From an uncultured Bacteroidota bacterium (GTDB taxonomy: Bacteria; Bacteroidota; Bacteroidia; Bacteroidales; F082), in NCBI GenBank assembly GCA_913009685.1, contig CAJVXP010000002.1:50172-114171 (forward strand): a DNA stretch of 64,000 bases, given 5' to 3'. Of this stretch, positions 22,039-31,613 are shown piece after piece. The notes under the pieces were generated by a model. The model was not told the origin of the DNA, did not search any database, and saw nothing but the letters and a program-made list of their open reading frames with translations. The first letter of the stretch is position 1; every line of letters begins with the position of its first letter. A program made the position numbers and the translations under genes.

Positions 22039-22359
22039 TTATTTTACGCAAGGTGTTGGCTGTTATCCTTGCCCTGATTGCACTCAGGCTGTTTTTGTCA
22101 AAACAGACCGGTTATAATTTTTTTTTACACTTAAAATTGTGCCAAAAATTATTTTTTTTATTATTCACCGGGTTATCTTCATCTAAGCATTTAAGCCTCT
22201 GGTTTTTATTTTTTATACACGATGCCATGTTAATAAATTTCTGACAGAACATGTGCATTTGTATTGTACATTGCAGAAGAATCCAAAATAGCTTCCTTTT
22301 GGTTTAGTATATTAAAATTAAGTTAGTTATCATGTATTTAATATAGTATTGTTACGATT

Positions 22360-25104
22360 ATGGAAAACGATTTACTCTTTAGGTTTGATAGTGAAACCAG
22401 TCATAATTCATCATTAGAAACGGAGAAAGCCGAGCAGGAAAAAGGGTTTTATGAGAAGGTACTTGAAGAGAGGAAAAAGAATGAAATTGCCGCTGAAGGA
22501 AAGATGAATCTGACCGTGGCCAAATTTAATTTGAAAAGTTCCTCTTCTGCAGAGGATCTGACACAAACGCCTGCAGAAAGTCAGGAGAAACCTTATTCGT
22601 ATGATGAAGTGGTGGAAGCTTCTACAGAATACTTTGGGGGAGATGGTCTGGCAGCCGGAGTGTGGGCCAATAAATATGCGCTGAAAAATAGTCAGGGAAA
22701 TATTTTTGAGAAAACTCCTGATCAGATGCACCGGCGGATTGCACGCGAAATTGCACGCATCGAGCAAAAGTACCCAAACCCTTTGTCTGAGGATGATATT
22801 TACGAAGTACTCCGTAAGTTTAAATACATCATTCCGGCAGGGAGTCCCATGGCCGGTATCGGAAATCCACATCAGATATCTTCTTTGTCCAACTGTTTTG
22901 TTATTGGCAATGACGGCAATTCCGACTCTTATGGAGGGATCATGAAAATTGACCAGGAACAGGTACAACTGATGAAACGTCGCGGTGGTGTGGGCCACGA
23001 CCTGACACATATCAGACCCAAAGGAAGTCCGGTAAAAAATACGGCACTTACCTCAACGGGTGTCGTCCCTTTTATGGAACGTTACTCAAACTCAACCCGC
23101 GAAGTGGCACAGGATGGCCGTCGCGGTGCACTCATGTTGAGTATTGGCATTAAACATCCCGATGCAGAGACTTTTATCGATGCGAAAATGGAACAGGGAA
23201 AGGTAACCGGTGCCAATATTTCCGTAAAATTAGATGATGAGTTTATGCAGGCGGTAAAAAATGATACTCCATACATTCAGCAATATCCCATAGCTGCCAA
23301 AGAACCCAAATATAAAAAGGAGATTAACGCACGCCAACTATGGGAAAAAATTGTTCACAACGCCTGGGCCTCGGCCGAACCGGGAATCCTGTTTTGGGAT
23401 ACGGTCATACGGGAATCTATTCCCGATTGTTATGCCGACAAAGGTTTCCGGACAGTTTCCACCAATCCCTGTGGCGAAATTCCGCTTTGTCCTTACGACT
23501 CTTGTCGTTTGCTGGCTATTAATCTGTACAGTTATGTGGAGAATCCGTTTACGGATAAGGCTTATTTCAACGGCGATTTGTTTAGCAAACACGTGCACAT
23601 TGCCCACCGCATGATGGATGACATTGTGGACCTGGAGGTTGAAAAAGTGGATGCTATTCTGACCAAAATTGATGCCGATCCCGAATCAGTGGAGATAAAA
23701 TATACCGAACGCCGGCTTTGGGAAAAAATTCGTGAAAAATCGTTAACGGGACGTCGTACGGGGATTGGCATCACTGCCGAAGGCGATATGCTGGCTGCCC
23801 TTGGATTCCGGTATGGTTCGGAAAACGCCATTAATTTTTCAGTAGAGGTTCATCGTCTTTTGGCGCTCGAAGTCTACAGCAGCTCCGTTGATTTGGCAGA
23901 AGAACGGGGTAGTTTTCCCATTTATGAAGCAGAACGCGAGCAGAATAACCCTTTCATAAAACGCATTAAAGAAAACGCACCTAACCTTTATGAAAAAATG
24001 AAACGCGTTGGCCGGCGTAATATTTCAATGCTTACCATCGCCCCAACAGGAAGCGTAAGTATTTGTACACAAACTACTTCCGGTATTGAGCCGGTTTTTA
24101 TGGTCTCTTATAAACGGCGCCGCAAAGTGAATCCCAACGATAAAAACGTAGCCGTTAGTTTTGTGGATGAAGTTGGCGATACCTGGGAAGAGTTCAATGT
24201 GTTTCATCCCAAGTTTGAGGTGTGGCTGAAGTTAAATAATTATAATGTGGACGAGGTGAAGAACCTTCCGGAAGAGCAGTTGCAGGAAATCATTAAAAAA
24301 TCACCATATTATAAAGCTACCTCAGCCGATATCAATTGGGTAAGCAAAGTAAAAATGCAGGGAAGAATCCAGAAATGGGTGGATCATTCCATTAGCGTTA
24401 CAGTTAATATTCCCGAAAACATTCCCGAAGAGATGGTCAGTGACATTTACATGGCTGCCTGGGAGAGTGGATGCAAGGGAATGACTATCTACCGTGAAGG
24501 TTCCCGTGCCGGGGTACTGGTGAGTAATGATAAGAAAGAAGAAAATGCATTTAAAGAGACCAGTGCGCCTCACAGACCCAAAGTTTTGGAAGCCAACATC
24601 CTTCGCTTTCAGAATAATTATGAAAAATGGATTGCCGTAGTGGGAAAACTCGATGGTCGTCCATACGAAATTTTTACCGGAAAAGCTGATGACTTCTATT
24701 TGCCGCCGGCAATAGAAAAAGGATGGGTTATAAAGAATAAAAAAAAGGGCGAACATTCACGTTACGATTTCCAGTTTGAAGATAAACAGGGATATAAAAT
24801 TACCATAGAAGGTTTGTCGCGCTCATTTGATAAAACTTACTGGAATTATGCCCGGCTTATTTCGGGTCTTCTCCGTCATGGTATGCCATTGGCTTACGTT
24901 GTTACCCTTGTGGGAAACCTCAACGTGGAAGAAGACAACATCAACACATGGAAAAACGGTGTGGTGAGAGCGCTGAAACGTTATCTGCAGGATGGTGAAA
25001 AAGCGGCAGACAAAGAAGCCTGCCCCGAATGTGGCGAAGAAGCGCTGGTTTATCAGGATGGCTGCCTCACATGCAGTGCCTGCGGCTATTCCAAATGTGG
25101 ATAG
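22360..25104 (+). CDS. nrdJ: Class II adenosylcobalamin-dependent ribonucleotide reductase
   Basis: SLSNCFV, RRGGVG, TNPCGEIPL, TIAPTGS, GCKGMTIYR; C-terminal TSCPD-like region and CPECG..CSACGYSKCG zinc ribbon; no intein visible. Confidence 0.95.
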   Translation: MENDLLFRFDSETSHNSSLETEKAEQEKGFYEKVLEERKKNEIAAEGKMNLTVAKFNLKSSSSAEDLTQTPAESQEKPYSYDEVVEASTEYFGGDGLAAGVWANKYALKNSQGNIFEKTPDQMHRRIAREIARIEQKYPNPLSEDDIYEVLRKFKYIIPAGSPMAGIGNPHQISSLSNCFVIGNDGNSDSYGGIMKIDQEQVQLMKRRGGVGHDLTHIRPKGSPVKNTALTSTGVVPFMERYSNSTREVAQDGRRGALMLSIGIKHPDAETFIDAKMEQGKVTGANISVKLDDEFMQAVKNDTPYIQQYPIAAKEPKYKKEINARQLWEKIVHNAWASAEPGILFWDTVIRESIPDCYADKGFRTVSTNPCGEIPLCPYDSCRLLAINLYSYVENPFTDKAYFNGDLFSKHVHIAHRMMDDIVDLEVEKVDAILTKIDADPESVEIKYTERRLWEKIREKSLTGRRTGIGITAEGDMLAALGFRYGSENAINFSVEVHRLLALEVYSSSVDLAEERGSFPIYEAEREQNNPFIKRIKENAPNLYEKMKRVGRRNISMLTIAPTGSVSICTQTTSGIEPVFMVSYKRRRKVNPNDKNVAVSFVDEVGDTWEEFNVFHPKFEVWLKLNNYNVDEVKNLPEEQLQEIIKKSPYYKATSADINWVSKVKMQGRIQKWVDHSISVTVNIPENIPEEMVSDIYMAAWESGCKGMTIYREGSRAGVLVSNDKKEENAFKETSAPHRPKVLEANILRFQNNYEKWIAVVGKLDGRPYEIFTGKADDFYLPPAIEKGWVIKNKKKGEHSRYDFQFEDKQGYKITIEGLSRSFDKTYWNYARLISGLLRHGMPLAYVVTLVGNLNVEEDNINTWKNGVVRALKRYLQDGEKAADKEACPECGEEALVYQDGCLTCSACGYSKCG

Positions 25105-25155
25105 CTCCGGGAAACTTTGTTGTCGGATAAAAATGATTTCTTTTCCCCTGAATTA

Positions 25156-25623
25156 TCAATTAAAAACATGCAACAGGCTCCCATCATAAACCGTATGATA
25201 TTCAATCAAAGGATAGCGGCCGTTTCCCTGAATCAGTGAACCATCCAATAACTGATAGGTATTTCCGGTACACTCGTCTTTTGCAAACGGATAATATTTT
25301 CCTACAATAAGTTGCGTACACTGACTGCCGGTGCAACATTTGTTGGGATCGTTGGGTGGCAGGCGGTCGTATGCTTTGAAAGTGTTCTGGCTTTCGCGAT
25401 AAATAATTACGCCCCGCGAACCCGGCCCGATATAGGCACTCTGATCGCCATTAGCGACATAAATCCAACCTCCCACAGTATTTAATCCCTGATAAAAAGT
25501 GGAATTGGGGTCGATATCAATTTGGATAATTGCCCGCGGGTCGTTAGGATTAATGTTGGTTTTATTACACGAACCCAAAACAATACCTCCTAAAATAGCC
25601 ACAAATAGCATTAAACGTTTCAT
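25156..25623 (-). CDS. Lipoprotein of the Bacteroidota Rieske-like family, lacking canonical Fe-S ligands
   Basis: MKR plus hydrophobic stretch plus LGSC lipobox; GSRGVIIYR...FKAYD...YQLLDG..G..RYPLIEY pattern. Confidence 0.65.
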   Translation of the reverse strand: MKRLMLFVAILGGIVLGSCNKTNINPNDPRAIIQIDIDPNSTFYQGLNTVGGWIYVANGDQSAYIGPGSRGVIIYRESQNTFKAYDRLPPNDPNKCCTGSQCTQLIVGKYYPFAKDECTGNTYQLLDGSLIQGNGRYPLIEYHTVYDGSLLHVFN

Positions 25624-25767
25624 TGTTTCCGATTGAACTGCAATGATAACTAAAAAACCAAAAAGGAAAACTACTGTTCTTCGCAGAATCTCCCGTTTAT
25701 TAAAATAAAGTTGTTCTATGTTGTTTATAGTAGGTATATCAGGATGTCTTGGTGCCGTGTAAGGAAA

Positions 25768-25960
25768 AAATGTCAAAAAATTCCAAAATAACAAAGAGAC
25801 AAATAACAAATAAATCCCAATATTCAATGTCAAAACATTCAAATTTTAGCATGAATAATGGTACATATAATTGTAGGGGACTTCTAATACGGTTTTGGTT
25901 ATTGCTTTTTGATGCATTGGTGATTATTTGGTTTTTGTGGATTGTTATTTGTTATTTCAT
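25768..25960. repeat. Second inverted heptamer-repeat element, same family as 10352-10509
   Basis: Left AAATTCC AAAATAAC AAAGAGAC AAATAAC AAATAAATCCC AATATTC; right GGTTTTG GTTATTG ... GTGATTATTTG GTTTTTG ... TTGTTATTTCAT. Confidence 0.75.
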
Positions 25961-26065
25961 TAAAATGCACTCCACACAAATCGATATAGAACCAATAAAG
26001 TTGTTTATATCGCATTCGAATTCTTATTTAAAAACAATCTGTATTAAGGGATATTAGCCTGTGGA

Positions 26066-26091
26066 ACAGGTTTCTGCCTGGAGAAACCTGT
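26066..26091. promoter_or_regulatory. Perfect 10-bp inverted repeat with 6-nt spacer upstream of cyc2
   Basis: ACAGGTTTCT-gcctgg-AGAAACCTGT. Confidence 0.4.
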
Positions 26092-26106
26092 GGTAACACA
26101 TCTCTT

Positions 26107-26124
26107 ATGTGACATAAGTCACAT
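26107..26124. promoter_or_regulatory. CRP/FNR-family (or Rex-like) operator upstream of cyc2
   Basis: ATGTGAC-ATAA-GTCACAT contains an exact TGTGA-N6-TCACA. Confidence 0.65.
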
Positions 26125-26263
26125 CACACCTGTCCGGATGAAGATAATTTTACAAATTCTTCTTTTGAAGTTATTTCTTATTAAAGGTTACAGCAGTCAG
26201 TTATTGAAAAGTTAATTGCAAAAAGAATCATCGTAATTAATTATTAACAAATTCTTAAAAGTT

Positions 26264-27658
26264 ATGAAAAGAAAATTATCATGTGAAGAAAAGAAAGCCA
26301 AAAAGGTATCTTTTCTTAAGAAAAACGGACTATCTCTTGTAGGGGGGTTCGTCTTCTTTCTTTTCCTGGTATCCAGTTCGGGAACAGCCATGGCTGTTCC
26401 AAGCTTTGCACGGCAAACGGGTTTATCATGTTCTGCCTGCCATACGGTATTCCCTGAGCTAACTTCCTTTGGAAGACAATTTAAGCTCAATGGATATACG
26501 CTTACGGGCATAAAAACCATTAACCAAACAAAAGTAAAAAAGGACGGAAAGAAAAGCGCTATTCTTAACCTGCTTAGTATTTCGCCTATTTCTGCCATGT
26601 TTCAAACAGGAATTACACATGTCAACAAAACCATTCCGGGAACCCAAAACAACAACGTTGAGTTTCCTCAACAAATGAGTTTGTTTTATGGTGGGCAAAT
26701 TACACCTCACATAGGAGCATTTATTCAGATTACGCTGGATGATGAATCCGGGACTATTGGCATGGATAATACTGATATTCGCTATTCAAATCACAGCAAC
26801 GGAAAAATACCTTTCACTTATGGGCTTACGCTGAACAATAATCCAACTGTTCAGGATGTTTGGAACACAACCGCCGCTTGGGGATATCCCTATACCGCGT
26901 CGGGAGTAGCTCCCACACCTGGTGCAGGACCCATCATCGAAAATCTCGGCGGAATGGTAGCCGGATTGGGAGGCTATGGACTTCTGAATAATCTTTTTTA
27001 CTTTGAATTTACAGGTTATGGTACTGCCCAACTCGGAGCAGCACTTCCCCCGGATGCATCGGTAGCCGGCGTCATAAAAGGAATCGCTCCTTACTGGAGA
27101 TTTGCTCTTCAGCATCAATGGACTAAAACTTATCTCGAAGCGGGTACTTATGGAATGTCTGCAAACATGTTTCCCATGGGGGTTTCCGGTTTGGCTGATA
27201 AATATGCCGATTTCGCATTTGATTTACAATATGAATATATGTTTTCAAAAGGACAGTTTACTTTACACACCACTTACATTACTGAAAAACAGACGCTTAA
27301 TGCTACACACAAAGCTGGCGACAGCCAAAACCTTTCCAACAAATTAAATACTTTTAAATGTGATGGAAGTGTGTTTTTGAAAGCAGGCGTGAACTTCACC
27401 CTGGGTTATTTTAACACTACCGGAACAGCTGACAATGTTCTGTATGCTCCTGCAGACATGGAAGGAAGCAGAGCAGGAACACCAAACAGCAGCGGTATTC
27501 TCGCTCAATTCGATTATTTACCCTGGGCAAATACTAAAATCTCTCTGCAATATGTGGCTTACAGTAAATTCAATGGCGCCAAAACAAATTATGACGGCTC
27601 CGGAAGAAAGGCCTCAGACAACAATTCTATTTACCTCCAGCTATGGTTTTTATTTTAG
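26264..27658 (+). CDS. cyc2: Cyc2-type fused monoheme cytochrome c / outer-membrane beta-barrel porin (putative Fe(II) oxidase or electron conduit)
   Basis: Signal peptide ending AMA, then VPSFARQTGLSCSACHTVFPELTSFGRQFKLNGY (AxPxFARQT + CxxCH + PxLxxFGRxFK Cyc2 signature); NNNVEFPQQMSLFYGGQITPHIG, NNNPTVQDVWNTT, APYWRFA, YLPWANTKISLQYVAYSKFNG; terminal Phe (BAM signal). Confidence 0.88.
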   Translation: MKRKLSCEEKKAKKVSFLKKNGLSLVGGFVFFLFLVSSSGTAMAVPSFARQTGLSCSACHTVFPELTSFGRQFKLNGYTLTGIKTINQTKVKKDGKKSAILNLLSISPISAMFQTGITHVNKTIPGTQNNNVEFPQQMSLFYGGQITPHIGAFIQITLDDESGTIGMDNTDIRYSNHSNGKIPFTYGLTLNNNPTVQDVWNTTAAWGYPYTASGVAPTPGAGPIIENLGGMVAGLGGYGLLNNLFYFEFTGYGTAQLGAALPPDASVAGVIKGIAPYWRFALQHQWTKTYLEAGTYGMSANMFPMGVSGLADKYADFAFDLQYEYMFSKGQFTLHTTYITEKQTLNATHKAGDSQNLSNKLNTFKCDGSVFLKAGVNFTLGYFNTTGTADNVLYAPADMEGSRAGTPNSSGILAQFDYLPWANTKISLQYVAYSKFNGAKTNYDGSGRKASDNNSIYLQLWFLF

Positions 27659-27712
27659 CAATTTAATAGTCTAATCTTTTCCTGAATTTCTATTCCTTTA
27701 ATAAAGTTGCGC

Positions 27713-27748
27713 AAACCCGTACGGAAAGCCTTTCGTACGGGTTTATTA
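27713..27748. terminator. Hairpin between convergent cyc2 and phosphoesterase genes
   Basis: AAACCCGTACG-gaaagccttt-CGTACGGGTTT followed by an AT run. Confidence 0.7.
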
Positions 27749-27835
27749 TTAGCGCACTACGGACTTTTTCAGCAGACCCTAATAAATTATGACGATAAAT
27801 ATGTATCAGAAAATCTTTGCAAATAAGTACGACAC

Positions 27836-30304
27836 CTATTCATCATCGTCGTCAGGCATGGCTTTTTCATTTACAAAAGCACTGTGAACAGGAGCCGGGA
27901 CAACAGAATTGGCCCCTTTTACAGCCTTCCAGATAATTTTGTTATACTCCCCGTCCGGAATGGCATCCGCATGGGAAAAGTTTAATTTTTCCGATAATTT
28001 GGCGCCATACGAATACCGCGTGTTCAGCTTGTTCATGTCCACTTTGGGGACTATGGCATTATAACTTTTCAAATAAGTCGTGTCGGTAATGGAATGCAGA
28101 ATGGCATGGGCAGCAAGGTCGTACTGTGTCATAGGCGGAAGACCCAAAATCAGCTCCATGGTTTTCAACACCCCGGAAGTGGAGTACATGGTATGATCTA
28201 CAAAATGTCGTTTCACATAAGGTCCGATGACGAGCAATACCGACCGGTGAGCATCCACATGGTCAGGGCCATTTTGTGCATCGTCTTCCAACACAAACAA
28301 AATGCTGCTTTTCCAGATGTTGCTGTGTGAAATCTTATCCACTATCAAACCGAGCGCATAATCGTTGCGAGCCACATACGCAACAGGGGTAAGGCTTCCG
28401 GGACGTGTACCGCGGCAATGGTCGTTGGGCAAACGTATCAGGTTAAACTGAGGAACTTTTCCTATGGCCACAATACTGTCAAAATCATGTGCCCAGATTT
28501 TAGCACGTTCCACGTCGGGAAAAGAAAGATTAAAACCCGGATAAGCCTTGCAGGTGTATGGCACCAAATTAGAATCGCGGGGGTGGAAAGGTCCTTTCAA
28601 CGAATGTGTAAAAGCCATGAATTCACCATAGTTGCGGAAAGTTTTTCCGTGAGAAAGTACATCGTTCCAGATATATCCGGAAGAAGGTGCAGCAGCAGGA
28701 ACGCCTCCTTCAAAATCGTAAGTGGCACCTCTGTGACCATAATTCACAGGCCACAGCTTTTCTACATAATCAGTGGCATAAGCAGCTGTGGACCAGTTGT
28801 GCCCATCGGCGCTAACCTCCGCATCGGTATAGAAATTATCATAAAGAGTGTATGTTTTTGCCAGCTTATGCGCATTGGGCGTAATTTTCCGGCCAAACAA
28901 ACAGAGTGTGGAATCGCCGTTTCCTTCGGACACATCGCCCAAAACCTCGTCATAGGTCCGGTTTTCACGAATAATATAGAAAATATGTTTTATCTGAGCA
29001 CTTCCTTTGCCATCAGGTCTTTTGGGAATAACGGATTGGTCACTTTCCTCTTTCACTTTTTTGATAAAAGGGGTGTTGTCATAAACTTTTCGGCTCATTT
29101 CTGCCAACACTTTACTTTGTGGAAAATCTATCACCGAAAGAGTTCCTTTAAACATTGTTCCCGTATAATTTTCACGCCAGTTTCGCGGTTTTCTTTTTTC
29201 AGGATTGGGACCATGGGGGTTAGCACGCGAAGCAATTCCCTTTCCATTGGCAACCAGTATTTTTCCTGATCTCAGATACCGCACAGCCGTAGGATACCAC
29301 CCGACGGGAATAAAACCGAGGTTTCTGGCATGCCCTGGTTTTTCCACATCAAAGACTGCGAGATAATTGTTGTCGGCATTAGCAATAAGCAATTTACTAC
29401 CATCCGGTGACAGAGCCAGCGCATCGGGGGTGCTGCCATAAGGCAAATTGGGAAGCAGCGCCGTATGAATCGTCTCGCTAACCTCATTTTTTACCAAATC
29501 GATAACTGTAGCACTGTTATTATTGGCATTGGCAACAAAAAGCCGGCTGTCGTCGCGGCTAATGACCATATCATTGGGATGATCTCCGGTTTTATAACGA
29601 TGGGTAATGGCGTAATTGTTCAAGTCAATTTCGACCACCATAGCTTTCCCCCAAATGGAAACATAAGCATAACTTTGGGCTTGATTGATTTTAATGTCGT
29701 AGCATTTGCCGGGCATTTCGACCTTTTTTATCACTTTTTTGCTTTTCAGGTCAACCACATAAAGCATGTTGCTTTTCTGCGAAACCGCCAGCAGTTGGTT
29801 TTTCTTTTTGTTAAAAGCCAGTCCGGTGAGCGAAATATCTCCTTTCGGAAATTTCTTCCCGATCACCAGGGTATCAGCCGGATAGAGTTTTGCTTTTTTA
29901 AAATTGAAAACATACACAACATTATTATTCCCGCCGGAAACATACAACCGTTTGCCGTCAGGACCAAAAGTCAGCCCCACCCAGGTATTGCTGACAACGT
30001 ACCGCTGCACTTCTTTCAACGTTTTTATGTCAACCACCGACAGTGAGTTAATGCCCATACCGCTATTGGACGTAATAGCATACTGATCGTTTTTAGTAAC
30101 CACCATGTTAAGTGGCAACTCACCAATGGGAACTTGTTTACCCGAAGGGGTGAGCCTCCATCCATTGGGCAAAAGGGTATAATTTTGGTATCTACCCGGA
30201 AGCTCAACCGAACCCGGCTTGTTTTGTGCCTGAAGCATGCCGGAAACCGAAAACACCAAAATCATCAACCACAACAAGCGTTTGTTAGTACAATACTTTG
30301 TCAT
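27836..30304 (-). CDS. Secreted YncE-like beta-propeller fused to an alkaline-phosphatase/phosphoesterase domain
   Basis: Signal peptide; YVTN-like repeats (LFVANANNNS, IPVGWYPT); IFYIIRENRTYD, SADGHNW, LPNDH, EDDAQNGPDHVDAHRS. Confidence 0.85.
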   Translation of the reverse strand: MTKYCTNKRLLWLMILVFSVSGMLQAQNKPGSVELPGRYQNYTLLPNGWRLTPSGKQVPIGELPLNMVVTKNDQYAITSNSGMGINSLSVVDIKTLKEVQRYVVSNTWVGLTFGPDGKRLYVSGGNNNVVYVFNFKKAKLYPADTLVIGKKFPKGDISLTGLAFNKKKNQLLAVSQKSNMLYVVDLKSKKVIKKVEMPGKCYDIKINQAQSYAYVSIWGKAMVVEIDLNNYAITHRYKTGDHPNDMVISRDDSRLFVANANNNSATVIDLVKNEVSETIHTALLPNLPYGSTPDALALSPDGSKLLIANADNNYLAVFDVEKPGHARNLGFIPVGWYPTAVRYLRSGKILVANGKGIASRANPHGPNPEKRKPRNWRENYTGTMFKGTLSVIDFPQSKVLAEMSRKVYDNTPFIKKVKEESDQSVIPKRPDGKGSAQIKHIFYIIRENRTYDEVLGDVSEGNGDSTLCLFGRKITPNAHKLAKTYTLYDNFYTDAEVSADGHNWSTAAYATDYVEKLWPVNYGHRGATYDFEGGVPAAAPSSGYIWNDVLSHGKTFRNYGEFMAFTHSLKGPFHPRDSNLVPYTCKAYPGFNLSFPDVERAKIWAHDFDSIVAIGKVPQFNLIRLPNDHCRGTRPGSLTPVAYVARNDYALGLIVDKISHSNIWKSSILFVLEDDAQNGPDHVDAHRSVLLVIGPYVKRHFVDHTMYSTSGVLKTMELILGLPPMTQYDLAAHAILHSITDTTYLKSYNAIVPKVDMNKLNTRYSYGAKLSEKLNFSHADAIPDGEYNKIIWKAVKGANSVVPAPVHSAFVNEKAMPDDDDE

Positions 30305-30460
30305 CTCTTTTTACTTCAAACTGAAAAACAAAAGTACTGAAAATATACAGGAAAAATGACTGTTTCCCGGCTGGTAATACCCGGCACAAAACTTCCATAT
30401 TAATTTCGGGGACTTCTAATAATTACTTCGCATCAAGATTTTTCTACTTTTGTACAACAA

Positions 30461-31558
30461 ATGTCAGCAGGAAAAAGAATATTGCTTTGCCCTATGGACT
30501 GGGGGCTGGGTCACGCTACACGCATAACGCCCATTATACGGCTGTTGCAGCAGGCGGGAGCCGAACCCGTCCTGGGTGCCGATAACAAGCCGCTACAGTT
30601 TCTCCGGCGACAGTTTCCCAATTGTGAATGGATTCGAATTCCGGGATTCGAACCGGAGTATCAAAAAAAGGGTTCACTGCCTATCAGAGTAGCCACAGAT
30701 TTTCCGCAAATGCTGAAAGCCGCTGCAAAAGCACATGTGCTGCTGGAAAAAATTGTTGATGAGCAAAATATTGATGCCGTCATCTCCGACAACCGCTACG
30801 AACTTTGGTCAGAAAAAGTGCCCACCATTTTCATGACACACCAGCTCAACATTCTGTTACAGGGTATTCTTTCTTCCGGACGCCCGGTGATTAAGAAAAT
30901 GATTAGCAGCTTTATTATCAGACATAACGAGTTATGGATTCCCGATTTTGAAAGCGAACCTAATCTCTCCGGAAAGCTCTCTCATGTACGAAAAATGCCA
31001 CTTAAAAACAGCTTTTTTATCGGACCACTGAGCCGCTTTGAAGGAGAAAAAGCAGAAACCAATAAGCAAAACATGAATGATTTGGATGTGCTGTGTCTGC
31101 TTTCCGGGCCCGAACCCCAGCGAACCATTTTCGAAGATTTACTGTTAACCCAGCTGACTAACTCGGAATTAAAAGCCGTGATCCTTTCCGGGAATCCGGG
31201 CGAAACGGAAAGGAAAGTTCAGGGAAATGTGAAATTGAGCTCCCATGCCGGGGATGAAGAGATGCTGTCGCTTATCCAATCGGCAAAAACGGTTATCTGC
31301 CGGTCGGGATATAGCAGTATTATGGACTTGGCAAGTCTGGGGAAAAAGGCGATTTTTATTCCCACTCCCGGACAACCCGAGCAGGAGTATCTGGCAAAAA
31401 AGCTGAAAAAGCAGGGGCTCTATTACTCGTGTAGCCAAAAGGAATTCTCTCTCAAAAAAACGCTGGAAGAATCCCAAAAATACAGCGGACTGCATCTTAC
31501 CAACACTTACAAAATCCTGAGGGAGCGCATCGATGCACTACTGAAAAGCCTCAGCTGA
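30461..31558 (+). CDS. GT-B glycosyltransferase (GT28 C-terminal / MJ1255-like family)
   Basis: DWGLGHATR, ISDNRY, SGPEPQR, CRSGYSSIMDL, IPTPGQPEQEYLA; TACTTTTG -7 box at 30445-30452. Confidence 0.85.
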   Translation: MSAGKRILLCPMDWGLGHATRITPIIRLLQQAGAEPVLGADNKPLQFLRRQFPNCEWIRIPGFEPEYQKKGSLPIRVATDFPQMLKAAAKAHVLLEKIVDEQNIDAVISDNRYELWSEKVPTIFMTHQLNILLQGILSSGRPVIKKMISSFIIRHNELWIPDFESEPNLSGKLSHVRKMPLKNSFFIGPLSRFEGEKAETNKQNMNDLDVLCLLSGPEPQRTIFEDLLLTQLTNSELKAVILSGNPGETERKVQGNVKLSSHAGDEEMLSLIQSAKTVICRSGYSSIMDLASLGKKAIFIPTPGQPEQEYLAKKLKKQGLYYSCSQKEFSLKKTLEESQKYSGLHLTNTYKILRERIDALLKSLS

Positions 31559-31613
31559 AAATTATTCTCTGCCGAATTCTTATCTTTGCCTGATAATTTT
31601 CAAAACGCTTATT

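Noticed and set aside
22050-22359. Possible cobalamin riboswitch, NrdR box or sigma54 site before nrdJ
   Set aside because: No B12-box or NrdR consensus seen; the minus-strand TGGCAC lacks a -12 element and points at no gene
28418-29269. Long antisense ORFs (283 aa here; also 17241-18005, 14598-15254, 37549-38232, 43792-44505)
   Set aside because: They shadow well-supported genes on the other strand and show no recognisable motifs
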